From the IMG/VR virus record IMGVR_UViG_3300035208_005226, positions 12,315 through 76,314 of that record: a stretch of 64,000 bases of DNA, one strand, 5' to 3'. The stretch comes from a virus. Its lineage: Duplodnaviria; Caudoviricetes. Below the pieces are notes generated by a model. The model searched no databases and was not told where the DNA came from. It was given only the letters and a program-made list of their open reading frames with translations. The position numbers and the translations under genes are program-made. Below are positions 1 through 9,821 of this stretch, in pieces (within the stretch, counting starts at the first letter, position 1; every line of letters begins with the position of its first letter).

Positions 1-2062
1 AAGGATCAAATATGTGTTGGTATTGAACCTTTGCTACTTCTCTCCCACGATACCACGGATCGTCATGTTCAGTATGTATTCCCTTAGGTATAGAGACATC
101 GTATACTGATAACTTTCCGGATTTTATGTCCTTCCAGCGTTGTCTTATGAGAGCCAGTGCTTTTGGTAGATCATCTTCAATGAATAGTATGTTGAAAAAT
201 TCTGTTTGGAGATCTTTTACCGCTTTTGCCTGATCTGATCTTTTGATTTCGACTCCAACATAACTCATCTTTTTACAGAACCCGTAATCCTGATGCCACA
301 ACAACAATCCCACATATTTCTTTTTAGCTGCTTCATTACCTTTTTTTCTCATCTTGAAGAACAGTGAGTCATGTATTTTTTCGAGCTTTAACGTAAAATC
401 TACAATGGCATTTGTGGCTATGGAGTATGTTTTAAGATCACCATTTAATATATCTTGAACTTTTAAACCCTCTTCAAGCGTATTTACAGGATTAAACGCT
501 GCTGAGTCCGTGTCGCAATATATTACGTGATATCCAAGCGATTCTATTTTATCCCGTACTATTTTTGAGATTTCTCTGCCATAGCGAGTGACTGACGCAG
601 CTGTTGCTTCGTTGTATAAACGGAAGCTTTTGGCTCCAAGAACTCCATAGAAGCTGTTTGCTAGATACTTTAGGACTTGTTCCTGATATTTTAGATTTAT
701 ATCCTGGCTTGTTTTGTTTATGGTTCTGAGTCTGTCACGCTCTGCTACGATGTGTTTCAGGATTTTTGGAACTAATTTATCTACATCCGGGGAGATGTCA
801 TATGCCATCATAATAGTTGGATATAGGGATTTTAAGTCTACCCAGCCTACGTTTTTGTGCAGGCCAAACGGCGGGAGAATTACTGTTGCGCCTTCAAATG
901 TACTGTCTGAATTATTTGGAAGTCGTCTTGGCATCGGTTTGATGCCAGATTGCATGAGATATGATTCTATGATTTTGCTGTTGTATATGGTGTCTTCAAG
1001 TTTGCAGCCTGTAAAATGACGAACTGAATCAAAAAACCGAAACATCTGTGTCTTTTCTTCAATGATCATCAGGCTGGTGATATCATTTTCACAGTACTGA
1101 AGTAGGGTATCCCAGTCATGAGTAGCATACAGGTGTTTTATTTGGGCACCATAGTCTTTATATGGGAATCCGTATTCGGCCGACACTGTTTTGAGTCCGT
1201 TGTCTTCACGTTCCGACTCAGATGATTTTAGTTTTTTAAATCCGTCTAACATGTCAAAACATTGACGACCCGGAGTTCTTACGATGTATTTTCCGTTTGG
1301 CATTAAGTCGCATCGTGCGTCATTTAGCCTGCATAAAGCAGTTGTTCTCATGCCTATGACGTTTGCCCTGCGTACGAGATATGGCAAATCAAATTGAAGA
1401 CAATACCATCCGGTGTAAACATCGGGATCAATCTTTTTGATTAGTTGATAAAAAATTTCAAACAGTTCTTTTTCCGACTTTGCAACAATATGATTGGATT
1501 TTATTCTGTGATCTATTCCATTTGTGATTATGAATTTCTTTCCGGTGTAACTGTCGCCAAATTGAATGGTTGCGACCGGATATTTTACAGTTGATGGATT
1601 TGGCATGTCCCCGGGATCATTGTCGATTTCGATATCGAAAAACAGGATTCTTGGAGGAATGTAACCGTCGTACTGCACCGATGATACTGCGCTGTTGCTC
1701 TCGATTTTATATGCTTTTTTTAGCTTTTTGTCTGCAATAAATCTCTTTTCAAACAGAATGTCGCTCTCATCTGTGAAACTAAACTGATCTCGTACTTCTG
1801 AGACCCGTCCAGGGAGGTCTGTAAATACCTTGACGACGTTTCTGCCAAAACAATCGGTTGCGGATTCTCCTCGTCTACATCCATCCAGTTGAGTAATTCT
1901 ACCTGCTTCATCATATGGAACATAAAAATATGGTTCGAAGTCTTTTATCTTTGTTACGGTTGGTTCTCTTGTGGTAGTGTCTCTTCCAAAAACATGCAGG
2001 ATTGGCTTCCGATTTTTAAAATCTATTTGATATGCTACATCCTGAACAATCGAAATAGACAT
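1..2062 (-). CDS. polB: Family B DNA polymerase (3' end runs off window; absent from ORF track)
   Basis: Hand translation from ATG at 2062 (MSISIVQDVAYQIDF...). ExoI FFDIEID, ExoII GWYCLQFDLPYL, ExoIII YCEND, motif A VDLKSLYPTIM, motif B KYLANSFYGVLG, motif C YCDTDS, then KKKYVG. Frame is open to the window edge. Confidence 0.96.
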   Translation of the reverse strand, partial: MSISIVQDVAYQIDFKNRKPILHVFGRDTTTREPTVTKIKDFEPYFYVPYDEAGRITQLDGCRRGESATDCFGRNVVKVFTDLPGRVSEVRDQFSFTDESDILFEKRFIADKKLKKAYKIESNSAVSSVQYDGYIPPRILFFDIEIDNDPGDMPNPSTVKYPVATIQFGDSYTGKKFIITNGIDHRIKSNHIVAKSEKELFEIFYQLIKKIDPDVYTGWYCLQFDLPYLVRRANVIGMRTTALCRLNDARCDLMPNGKYIVRTPGRQCFDMLDGFKKLKSSESEREDNGLKTVSAEYGFPYKDYGAQIKHLYATHDWDTLLQYCENDITSLMIIEEKTQMFRFFDSVRHFTGCKLEDTIYNSKIIESYLMQSGIKPMPRRLPNNSDSTFEGATVILPPFGLHKNVGWVDLKSLYPTIMMAYDISPDVDKLVPKILKHIVAERDRLRTINKTSQDINLKYQEQVLKYLANSFYGVLGAKSFRLYNEATAASVTRYGREISKIVRDKIESLGYHVIYCDTDSAAFNPVNTLEEGLKVQDILNGDLKTYSIATNAIVDFTLKLEKIHDSLFFKMRKKGNEAAKKKYVGLLLWHQDYGFCKKMSYVGVEIKRSDQAKAVKDLQTEFFNILFIEDDLPKALALIRQRWKDIKSGKLSVYDVSIPKGIHTEHDDPWYRGREVAKVQYQHIFDP

Positions 2063-2070
2063 GACAAATC

Positions 2071-2922
2071 CTATACAAATTCAAGAGAACTGTATGTTCC
2101 CACTTTGTTTTTGACATCTTCCCATGTAGGGTTTATCATGGGTTCGATCTCGGGAATATCGCCAAATCTTCCACCTTTGAAGTAAAACCAGTGTTCGTTA
2201 AGCCCTGTGATTGGTTCCGGGACTTTTTTAACTTCCATAACAAGATTCAGCCAGAAATCTGTATTTTTTTGCCATTTTGGCAGATCAAATTTCAGTGGAG
2301 TAGATCCATCAAATGCCTGATGGGCTCTAAATGTAATTATGACATGCCATTTGGTGGCTAAAAGCATCCGTAGCATATCCATATACTTGCGGTTTGCCTT
2401 ACCCCACTCAGTTTGCATCATCAAATCTTTGCCGGATTTATCTTTTACCTTTTTCGTCTCTATGGTTTCAAGCCAAAGACTTAGCCATTCCCAGGCATCG
2501 GTTCCAGAATCAATTACAATGAATCCGTATTTGCGATCTTCCTCTGGTAATTCTTCATTGGACAGTATCATGTCGGTTAAAACATCAATTGCCTCTTCGT
2601 ATAGGGTCAGAGACTTTACCAGATCAACGGTTTTGTTCTTTTTGTCCAGATATTCCACAGCATTGAACAATCTTATTCTGTCTTGGACTTCCTGAGGCCA
2701 AGTTGATACATTTATGTGGAAATCACCTTCTGTATCTATTGCCCAGACATAACCCGGGAGATTATGACTGATAAGATATTGTGCAGACGATATGCAAAAA
2801 TGAGTTTTGCCTTGTTTTGCCCTGGAATATACCGCAATTCGAATTGTTGCTTTCTGATGGCTTATAGGTTTAAAATAGTCGTCCACTGATTTTTTGGTTT
2901 TAATTGTGCTACCAAATGCCAT
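2071..2922 (-). CDS. P-loop ATPase, AAA_24/Sak4-like single-strand annealing recombinase
   Basis: Walker A-like SRAKQGKT, IDTEG, Walker B-like IVIDSGT. Lies between PolB and the SSB. Likely start MAFGST at 2922. Confidence 0.7.
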   Translation of the reverse strand: MAFGSTIKTKKSVDDYFKPISHQKATIRIAVYSRAKQGKTHFCISSAQYLISHNLPGYVWAIDTEGDFHINVSTWPQEVQDRIRLFNAVEYLDKKNKTVDLVKSLTLYEEAIDVLTDMILSNEELPEEDRKYGFIVIDSGTDAWEWLSLWLETIETKKVKDKSGKDLMMQTEWGKANRKYMDMLRMLLATKWHVIITFRAHQAFDGSTPLKFDLPKWQKNTDFWLNLVMEVKKVPEPITGLNEHWFYFKGGRFGDIPEIEPMINPTWEDVKNKVGTYSSLEFV

Positions 2923-2924
2923 GA

Positions 2925-3095
2925 TTATATTCCCAATTTTTCTGCTGCGTCTTGTGCAAATTTCACTGCACAATCTTTGCTGCATACATCTGCGTAATCT
3001 GATTTATCACCATAATTCGCAATCATATGAAGCGCAAATGGCTTTTCCTGTGTTTTATTGCAGACATCACATGTATAAATAGTATGTTTTGACAT
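2925..3095 (-). CDS. 56-aa zinc-finger micro-protein
   Basis: Hand translation MSKHTIYTCDVCNK...VCSKDCAVKF...LGI*; two CxxC/CxxxC pairs; fits between neighbours. Confidence 0.65.
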   Translation of the reverse strand: MSKHTIYTCDVCNKTQEKPFALHMIANYGDKSDYADVCSKDCAVKFAQDAAEKLGI

Positions 3096-3115
3096 AATGT
3101 TCACCTAAAAAATAG

Positions 3116-3424
3116 TTATGCAGTTGTGTCTTCTGGTTTGGAAGGCGGCAATTGCTGCTTTTTTGAAGACTTATGGATATCGGTGGGTATGTCTGTTGAC
3201 TTTGAATTCTCCAGTCTTCCGGTTGGTGTTGAGTTTGGCTTGGCGTATTCTTTGGGATCTTGCACTTCTCGTAATCCATCAGGACGCTTCTCCCATTTCC
3301 TACACCAGGAATTTGGTTTTTTGTAGATAGACTCGGGATTTATGCAGCAATTTGATGTTTCTTCATCGTAATTCCCACAATCAATGCATGTTCCGAGTCT
3401 AAGATCATTCTTGAATGTTTTCAT
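3116..3424 (-). CDS. Cys-rich hypothetical protein
   Basis: CIDC...CC...WC motif, operon-oriented. Confidence 0.6.
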   Translation of the reverse strand: MKTFKNDLRLGTCIDCGNYDEETSNCCINPESIYKKPNSWCRKWEKRPDGLREVQDPKEYAKPNSTPTGRLENSKSTDIPTDIHKSSKKQQLPPSKPEDTTA

Positions 3425-3434
3425 GTTCGCCTCG

Positions 3435-4436
3435 TTAGATTTCTATGTCGTCAATTGCAGTCAATGCACCAGACAACTCACTGCTTGATGGATTCAATAA
3501 CACACCGAGTAAATTTATGTTCTGGTTTTCATTCCCATCTCTGCCCTTATACTTGTTTACGGTCCCGAACATGATTACTTCAGAACCACGTGGGATGTTT
3601 TCGGATTGTTCCTTGATTACTTCATTAGAGACGTCTGCAAACCCTACAATATCATCTGCAAGACCAATGTCGGTAATTCCCACCATTACTCCACCTGCAC
3701 CGTCCTTTGTGACTTTTATTGATGTTACCTTACCAATTACCGCCACGAGTGTTCCGGGATCATTGTCAAACACCGATTCAATCGGAACCGACATATCTGA
3801 GTTACTCAGGATATCGTAAGTTGTGTTCCAAAGCTCTTGCGGATCGGATGTTCCTTTTGGTTCCCATCCTTCTTTGTATATGAATGCCTTTGTGAGTTTT
3901 CCGTCATCGGTCTTGTTAATCTTCCCGGTCATTATACCGTTGTCGCCGGCGTTTGCATCAAGCTTGCCGTTGAATGGAACACAGAATACATCACCACTTT
4001 TGTCCTCGATTAATAAGATGCCTTCGCGCTTGAGCTCCTCTTCAATGTCCTTCCTAAAATTTGGGTTCTTCTGTGTTTTCTTAGCGTCAAAGAATTCCTT
4101 GGAGTAGATTGGAATAGGCTGTCTATTTTCATCTAATCTTACCAGTCCTTCCGTAAGAGCAAGTTGCGGGTTTTCTGCATATTTGTTCAGAGCGTGCTTT
4201 TTGGATGGAAAGTTCACATCTCGATATGAGGTTATGGATACAATTACTGCCTTTGCTTTTTCTCCACCGGATCTTTTCGCCAAGCTGATTTTCATGTAAA
4301 GAATTTTTTCAATTTCTTCTGGAGTTTTTCCTGGACTTCGTTCTGCAATTTGCTTTCGTATGCTGTCTACTGCTGCTTTTGCATCTTCAGCAGGTATTCC
4401 CTTTATTTTTGCGTAGAGCTCTTCGCTTGATGTCAT
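3435..4436 (-). CDS. OB-fold single-stranded DNA-binding (RPA/SSB-like) protein
   Basis: C-terminal OB-like strands (VAVIGKVTSIKVTK...EVIMFGTVNKYKG...INLLGV), acidic tail IDDIEI, next to recombinase and PolB. Confidence 0.6.
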   Translation of the reverse strand: MTSSEELYAKIKGIPAEDAKAAVDSIRKQIAERSPGKTPEEIEKILYMKISLAKRSGGEKAKAVIVSITSYRDVNFPSKKHALNKYAENPQLALTEGLVRLDENRQPIPIYSKEFFDAKKTQKNPNFRKDIEEELKREGILLIEDKSGDVFCVPFNGKLDANAGDNGIMTGKINKTDDGKLTKAFIYKEGWEPKGTSDPQELWNTTYDILSNSDMSVPIESVFDNDPGTLVAVIGKVTSIKVTKDGAGGVMVGITDIGLADDIVGFADVSNEVIKEQSENIPRGSEVIMFGTVNKYKGRDGNENQNINLLGVLLNPSSSELSGALTAIDDIEI

Positions 4437-4500
4437 GTTCTATCTCTGTTATTTTGTACAAAATGCCTCAAGACATGTTATCTATCATTGGCCGATTTAT

Positions 4501-4749
4501 TCACCTATATTCTACAGATACACCAACTGGTTTATACTGTAAAAATCGTTCCGCAACTTCCGGACGTACATACCATACGTGCCGTTTATATTTTATCCTG
4601 ACGACTTTATGTTGTGTCACAACCTTGTTTAAATACCATTTTGCCATTCCCCTTCCAGATCCAAAATAGTCTCCTAACCACGGAGCTGATGGTGCCATAC
4701 AGGTATGCCAGTTGTATTTTATAAAGTCATCAAGATCTTGTTCATTCAT
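4501..4749 (-). CDS. Hypothetical protein
   Basis: 82-aa ORF overlapping upstream stop, operon orientation. Confidence 0.55.
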   Translation of the reverse strand: MNEQDLDDFIKYNWHTCMAPSAPWLGDYFGSGRGMAKWYLNKVVTQHKVVRIKYKRHVWYVRPEVAERFLQYKPVGVSVEYR

Positions 4750-5110
4750 GCTGTTGTTTTTTCTTTACTGCCATTAGTCCCTGAATAAATCCTTCTTTAT
4801 AGTTGGAATCTCCTGCAATTTTCTTTATGTATTCCTCATGTGCTTTAGACATATCGCGTCTATACAAATATAATTTTTCTCCCCGTAATGCAATATCGGT
4901 TTCAAGTTCCGGATGCATATGGAGATATCTATTGAGTTTCCCGTATAAACTATCGCGTTTTTGATCTACCGGCACATTAACCTCAGCAATGTTCTCTTCT
5001 GTTTTTAAAAATTCCAATACGATGTTTGCAGAACGAGCATAACACGGCAGAATTAATGGGATCTCTCCTTTTGAGTTTACTATTAGGTTAAATTGTTTAT
5101 CTAGCGTCAT
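4742..5110 (-). CDS. Hypothetical protein (possible small DNA-binding protein)
   Basis: 122-aa ORF, tight packing. Confidence 0.6.
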   Translation of the reverse strand: MTLDKQFNLIVNSKGEIPLILPCYARSANIVLEFLKTEENIAEVNVPVDQKRDSLYGKLNRYLHMHPELETDIALRGEKLYLYRRDMSKAHEEYIKKIAGDSNYKEGFIQGLMAVKKKQQHE

Positions 5111-5120
5111 GATTCTCTGT

Positions 5121-5444
5121 TTATAAAATTCGCCTTATATAAACACTGCCATGTATTGGCATGCTTGTGTCTATATGTAATACTCCATCCATATCCTTCT
5201 CGCTTTCCCAAGTTCCCAGAATAATTTTTTCAAAATATGATTTCCGTATTGAATACCCGGTAGATTGTATATATGCATTATGCAGGACAAATACAGCAAG
5301 TTTTGTGTCGTGAACTTCCTCTGCGTAATGCAACACAAATGCACGAATGGAGTTTGATATAGATGGTTTATTTTTCTTCTTTCGATTCATTTCATCTGTA
5401 AAATATGCATGAAGATCTCCGATCGTATCGCATCCGTCTTTCAT
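5121..5444 (-). CDS. Hypothetical protein
   Basis: 107-aa ORF in operon orientation. Confidence 0.6.
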   Translation of the reverse strand: MKDGCDTIGDLHAYFTDEMNRKKKNKPSISNSIRAFVLHYAEEVHDTKLAVFVLHNAYIQSTGYSIRKSYFEKIILGTWESEKDMDGVLHIDTSMPIHGSVYIRRIL

Positions 5445-5508
5445 AGTAATAAATAGATCTCAATACATATATCATTTAATGCAAATGATGTGGTAACATA
5501 TAGGTTGT

Positions 5509-5652
5509 CTAATGCTTGCCATTTACTGAAATCCATCCACGACCACCACAATAACTGCACTGAGTTATTTCGTATGGTGGGATATCTCCTATGATTTTTC
5601 CGGATCCTCTGCATTCTTTACATATCTTGCCTTTCTGTTTCTTTTTCGACAT
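5509..5652 (-). CDS. 47-aa DnaJ-type zinc-finger micro-protein
   Basis: Hand translation MSKKKQKGKICKECRGSGK...CSYCGGRGW...; two CxxCxGxG motifs. Confidence 0.7.
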   Translation of the reverse strand: MSKKKQKGKICKECRGSGKIIGDIPPYEITQCSYCGGRGWISVNGKH

Positions 5653-6010
5653 TTCCCTTTGATATTATTTCTTTGATCAATTCAATCTTTTGGATTTTAT
5701 AGTTGTGTTCATTTGTATTCCAAAGACCTATTTTGTCTAGAACACGGGAATTAGATGAATAGAGATTGGCACATCTTCCCATCACAGTCTTTTTAATTGC
5801 TCTTTGTTTTACCTTTATGAGTTCTAATTGCAAGAGTCGTTTTAGAGATAGGGAGACTGCCGGTTCATCTCTATTGGTACACATTACAATCTCTTTCATT
5901 GTTGCAGGAGACTTGATCAGTAGATATGCTAGCACATCTGAGTCTACCGCATTCAATTTACATAATTGTAATGAGGTACTGATTTCATGTAGTTTTTCTA
6001 TATCAGGCAT
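5618..6010 (-). CDS. Winged-helix transcriptional regulator (TrmB/MarR-like, archaeal type)
   Basis: LNAVDSDVLAYLL..PATMKEIV...RDEPAVSLSLKRLLQLELIK...GR..NLY pattern; likely start MPDIEK at 6010. Confidence 0.7.
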   Translation of the reverse strand: MPDIEKLHEISTSLQLCKLNAVDSDVLAYLLIKSPATMKEIVMCTNRDEPAVSLSLKRLLQLELIKVKQRAIKKTVMGRCANLYSSNSRVLDKIGLWNTNEHNYKIQKIELIKEIISKGNVEKETERQDM

Positions 6011-6130
6011 AGATTTATTACCTCTCGTGTTAATATTTATTTCCCCAAACACAAACAACAAGCAAGATCGGAATTGTCTTTTTCCTTTTCTTCTTGTTTA
6101 GAATCGATTGTTTGAGGAGTTGCGTCTGTC

Positions 6131-6478
6131 TTATTTTTCCGCGGTTATTCTAAGCAAGGCATTGTGTGCTGTTATAACGCATATCATATGTTTTTCCTCA
6201 TAGCATTCGTCATTCCTGTAATAACAAATGGTATCTCCCTGGGATAGGTGCATATTAATGTGATCTACGTCTACAACTTTTCCTCTATCCAGATATGACT
6301 GCAATCCAAGTTTTTCTTTTGGCTCGTAATACTTGCAAAATGTTTGTGCTTGCGTCCAGGGGTTATTAACTATCGTTGCAAAAATACAGTGGTTTAATTC
6401 TTTGGTCGCTGCACATATGTTTGATATGTGCACTGCGCCCGGGTCAGGTTTAACGTAATGTTTGCATTGTTCTGTCAT
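6131..6478 (-). CDS. Cys-rich hypothetical protein
   Basis: 115-aa ORF, CKHY...C...C...CKYYEP. Confidence 0.55.
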   Translation of the reverse strand: MTEQCKHYVKPDPGAVHISNICAATKELNHCIFATIVNNPWTQAQTFCKYYEPKEKLGLQSYLDRGKVVDVDHINMHLSQGDTICYYRNDECYEEKHMICVITAHNALLRITAEK

Positions 6479-6505
6479 GGTTTTGCCTTGTTGTTATTCG
6501 CAGTT

Positions 6506-6748
6506 TCAAACTCCATTTTTACATTGTTTCCAAAGTTTCCTGGCTTGTTCCATATCCGTTCCATATGGTCCACAAGCATTGCATTTGCGGCAATATACAA
6601 ATACATAATTAGTGAAGAGAGTCCCTCCCTCACAATAGTCAAGATCTATGCCTTTGCAAAACGGACAAGGACAGTCTTTGCCTAGATTGTTTAGCTCTTG
6701 GATGATTAGGCGACTTCTTGATGATCCAGGCGGCCAGTTTTCAGTCAT
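6506..6748 (-). CDS. Lar-like restriction alleviation protein
   Basis: CPFC...VYCRKCNACGP...EQARKLW matches the Lar CPFCG..C..CGA.GP..EA..WN pattern. Confidence 0.65.
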   Translation of the reverse strand: MTENWPPGSSRSRLIIQELNNLGKDCPCPFCKGIDLDYCEGGTLFTNYVFVYCRKCNACGPYGTDMEQARKLWKQCKNGV

Positions 6749-6992
6749 GAGTATTCACCTCCCCAACCGGGCTATAATTTATACAATACTTTCGATTGGG
6801 TAAATCTAATGGGCATATAATTTCCCAAAAATCACAGTCATATACACTCGGATCATATCTTTGCATTTCATCGCAATGGTTTACGCAATCAACTGTACTA
6901 TCATTTGGCCTGCAAACATAAACCATGTCATCTTTGATGTAGACTGGCTGGCCTCGTTGGATGTATTCACCTGCTAGTAATATTTCTTTCAT
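6741..6992 (-). CDS. Cys-rich hypothetical protein
   Basis: 83-aa ORF with overlapping start/stop junctions. Confidence 0.55.
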   Translation of the reverse strand: MKEILLAGEYIQRGQPVYIKDDMVYVCRPNDSTVDCVNHCDEMQRYDPSVYDCDFWEIICPLDLPNRKYCINYSPVGEVNTHD

Positions 6993-7384
6993 TTTAATTT
7001 CCTTATAACCCTATCTTGATTGTAAGTTGGACCTTCATGTAGGGTGAGGTTTTCATCCTGATATTGAACAGATACACCATTAATATAAGTGGCATCTTGA
7101 TTGAATTGTATATGTAAGGGTTCTCCGTTTATGGATACCCATCTGGCAATAGGTAATATACAAGGATACAATTTAGTCACTTTAATATCTATACCTTGAA
7201 TTGATAATTCGCCTATATTCAATAATTCATCGCCTTTATCCATCCTAGAACAATAAGTAGGATACTTTTCATTATGACAAGTTTTACGGTTTATGCACTT
7301 ATAGCAGAATTTGTGGCCCTGACTCTTCATCTCATTGATGGTTTCTTCTTCCCGGAGGATTTGCATTTCATAATTTTCAGTCAT
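6989..7384 (-). CDS. Hypothetical protein
   Basis: 131-aa ORF with CYKC motif. Confidence 0.55.
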   Translation of the reverse strand: MTENYEMQILREEETINEMKSQGHKFCYKCINRKTCHNEKYPTYCSRMDKGDELLNIGELSIQGIDIKVTKLYPCILPIARWVSINGEPLHIQFNQDATYINGVSVQYQDENLTLHEGPTYNQDRVIRKLK

Positions 7385-7386
7385 GA

Positions 7387-7590
7387 TTATTCATCTCCTA
7401 TATATTCACATAAAACATCCACCGTATCCGGAAAGAGACAATGGTAACCAATTACTATGTATTTCTTGTATCCAAACATGATTATAGAATTAACTGGGGG
7501 AATCCAAGTAGAATTAGATAGATCACCCAATGGTGGATTAATCCATTTATCATATTTAACTTCTACATATAATGTAAATTTTGGTATCAT
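7387..7590 (-). CDS. Hypothetical protein
   Basis: 67-aa ORF, ATGA overlap with upstream micro-ORF. Confidence 0.5.
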   Translation of the reverse strand: MIPKFTLYVEVKYDKWINPPLGDLSNSTWIPPVNSIIMFGYKKYIVIGYHCLFPDTVDVLCEYIGDE

Positions 7591-7715
7591 GATTCATCTG
7601 CACCATCTTCAATTGTTCCTGATCCATTACATTGCCTACAAGTTAGATCTGTTTCAGGATCATAACCATTGCCTCTGCATCTAGGACATGTCTTTGTATA
7701 CTCTTCACGAGTCAT
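7587..7715 (-). CDS. 42-aa DnaJ-type zinc-finger micro-protein
   Basis: Hand translation MTREEYTKTCPRCRGNGY...CRQCNGSGT...; two CxxCxGxG motifs; ATGA overlaps at both ends. Confidence 0.7.
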   Translation of the reverse strand: MTREEYTKTCPRCRGNGYDPETDLTCRQCNGSGTIEDGADES

Positions 7716-7994
7716 GATTCATCCTTTATAAGTTTGAATGAAATATGCATTAGTTCAGAACTAACTCCGATTGTTTTATGACAGTGGGGGCATTTTGTTG
7801 TATAATTTTTAAATACTATATCACCAAAGTGCGATTCAAATTCTTTCCCACAGTAAACGCAAGTAATCATACCATTAATGTTGATTATCATTGAAACATT
7901 TCCTCATGAATTCGTTAAATGAAAGTTTCTATCCAGAGTAAGTCAACTCTGATTGACTCTGGAGTTGGCTCATCTAGTATTATCATTAATTTAC

Positions 7995-8267
7995 TCACCA
8001 TAATTCATCCTTTATATTGTCTACTATCATCATTGCATAGTTTGCTATGTCAGCACAGTCATCAATACTCTTCATTTGTGTTATGTCGGTAGAACTTCGG
8101 CTCATAACTGCATCATTAAATAGTTTTTCTACGTTGACTTGGAGTTTGAGTAATAGGGTTGTGATGTCATCTTGTTTCCACCCACCCTTGAAATCGTTCT
8201 TTCGAAGTTTATCTTCCATAAGGATTGCAAAATCTTTTACTTCGGTCCTACAATAAATATCAATCAT
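7995..8267 (-). CDS. All-alpha NTP pyrophosphohydrolase-like (MazG-related) phage protein
   Basis: F..LMEDKLRKNDFKGGW...DCADIANYAMMI pattern; the usual EExxE acidic motif looks degenerate (VNVEKL). Confidence 0.5.
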   Translation of the reverse strand: MIDIYCRTEVKDFAILMEDKLRKNDFKGGWKQDDITTLLLKLQVNVEKLFNDAVMSRSSTDITQMKSIDDCADIANYAMMIVDNIKDELW

Positions 8268-8428
8268 TTTTCTCGCATTATCTCCTGAGTTTATTGTATC
8301 CGATTTCTGATAAAATTCCTATGCTAAACACCGGGGTAACAATCAGAATGGTGAAATATGTGGCGTACCGATATACCCTAAAACCGGAATAACCTGTCTG
8401 GCAAATTATTATGTGTCCTATTCTCATT

Positions 8429-8668
8429 CTATCCACCGATATTTTCTTTGAGTCTTCCATAACTATTTATAGTGAAGTCTTGTTCTGTTATGTTCGTAAG
8501 ATTTGTTTGGTGTCTACTGCCGTTGATCTCTGATGTGTGGGTTATGGTGAGATTGTCTCCGGAGATCTTAAAGTCTGAGAAGTCATTACATGTTCGATCC
8601 ATAACGTAGATGTTAATAACTCCGGCTGTAAATACCAGAAATAATAGGATAAATTGTATAATCTTCAT
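8429..8668 (-). CDS. Small membrane-anchored/secreted protein
   Basis: N-terminal hydrophobic helix; four N-X-S/T sequons (NLT, NGS, NLT, NIT). Confidence 0.55.
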   Translation of the reverse strand: MKIIQFILLFLVFTAGVINIYVMDRTCNDFSDFKISGDNLTITHTSEINGSRHQTNLTNITEQDFTINSYGRLKENIGG

Positions 8669-8681
8669 TTTAACGCTCCTG

Positions 8682-9359
8682 CTATGTGTTGCATGGTTCC
8701 TCCAGTTTGTCCGATGTTGAAAATGTTAAGCCGTCAATGCGTCCTTCCATAAAAACAAGTTGATGAGATCTGTTGATTTTGGGTCGTATGTTTTCTGTTT
8801 TGATTGATGCTACCTTGTTGTATGTTTCGGTTACCTTTGTATCTGGTATCATGGCAAGTGCAACACTGGAATTACTGGATTTCTGTTCTTTATAGTTCTG
8901 GTGGAGTCCTGCTGCAAACCCGGTTGCATATGAGTCTTCGAGATCTCTTGTGGATTGATTGTGCCTTTTGTATTCTTTTTTGAGTTCTGTAGACCGCTTT
9001 AGTATGAATGATGTGGCGTATTTGTATACCTCCATGCATACGTCTACATCGTCTTTCAGTCCCAAAAACACAATGCATTTGGTCCCGCAATGTCTTGGCT
9101 GAATTAGACAATAACAGCTGAAGTTTGATGATATTATGCTGGCTAGCAGCATCCTCCATTTTTTATGTCTGAATGTATATTGGTGGATCTGGACTGTAAT
9201 ATCTGATTCTGGTATCTGGATATCTTTAATGGATAGTTTATGCTTGGATAGGAGTTCTTGGGCTTTTAATAATGCGGTGTTTGCTTCGTGTTCGTTGGTG
9301 CTAGATGACAGTTCCAGCAACTTGCTTATTTTGGATTTTATTTCAGAAATAGGTGTCAT
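8682..9359 (-). CDS. DUF2786-family protein
   Basis: N-terminal IKSKISKLLELSSSTNEHEANTALLKAQELLSKHKLS is the typical DUF2786 signature. Confidence 0.8.
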   Translation of the reverse strand: MTPISEIKSKISKLLELSSSTNEHEANTALLKAQELLSKHKLSIKDIQIPESDITVQIHQYTFRHKKWRMLLASIISSNFSCYCLIQPRHCGTKCIVFLGLKDDVDVCMEVYKYATSFILKRSTELKKEYKRHNQSTRDLEDSYATGFAAGLHQNYKEQKSSNSSVALAMIPDTKVTETYNKVASIKTENIRPKINRSHQLVFMEGRIDGLTFSTSDKLEEPCNT

Positions 9360-9531
9360 AATCCTCCAGTGTATTTGTGGCGTCGTCGTCTATATTGTAT
9401 GATGGTGATCCGGGATTCCCATACTTGTTGCATAACTGTGGTTCTTTGTATTTGCATCGTTTGTAATTCGCACAATCAGCACAAAAATAGATTTCGTCGC
9501 TATCTGTTATGTCTGACATGCTATGCCACAC
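9343..9531 (-). CDS. Cys-rich micro-protein
   Basis: CADCANY..C......C; operon-packed. Confidence 0.5.
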   Translation of the reverse strand: MWHSMSDITDSDEIYFCADCANYKRCKYKEPQLCNKYGNPGSPSYNIDDDATNTLEDYDTYF

Positions 9532-9821
9532 AAATCAAGAAGTGACTTTATGGTATATTCGTTTATGTTGCCAAGTGAGTCAAACAGATCTGATATTTGG
9601 TATATGGCATCTGCACGAACATCAGAGTCGTGAGTTATAAGTAATACTGGTGCCTGAATTGCAAAACAACTACGATATCTGAGTTCGCATAGGGCATTTT
9701 TGCTTTGCATATCCTCAGTTATATACGGAATATTATATGCATCTAGTTTCTCTTTGAGTTTTTCGCAATTTGGACAGTTTTCTAACGTAAAAATGGTTAT
9801 TGTAATGTCTGGGTCATTCAT
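9507..9821 (-). CDS. Glutaredoxin/NrdH-like redoxin
   Basis: TIFTLENCPNCEKLKEKLDAYNIPY (CxxC thioredoxin fold), QAPVL; start MNDPD at 9821 overlapping upstream stop. Confidence 0.8.
   Translation of the reverse strand: MNDPDITITIFTLENCPNCEKLKEKLDAYNIPYITEDMQSKNALCELRYRSCFAIQAPVLLITHDSDVRADAIYQISDLFDSLGNINEYTIKSLLDLCGIACQT

Noticed and set aside
714-1923. ORF-track calls 714-1019 (+), 1720-1923 (-) and similar
   Set aside because: They overlap the continuous PolB frame, which has all catalytic motifs
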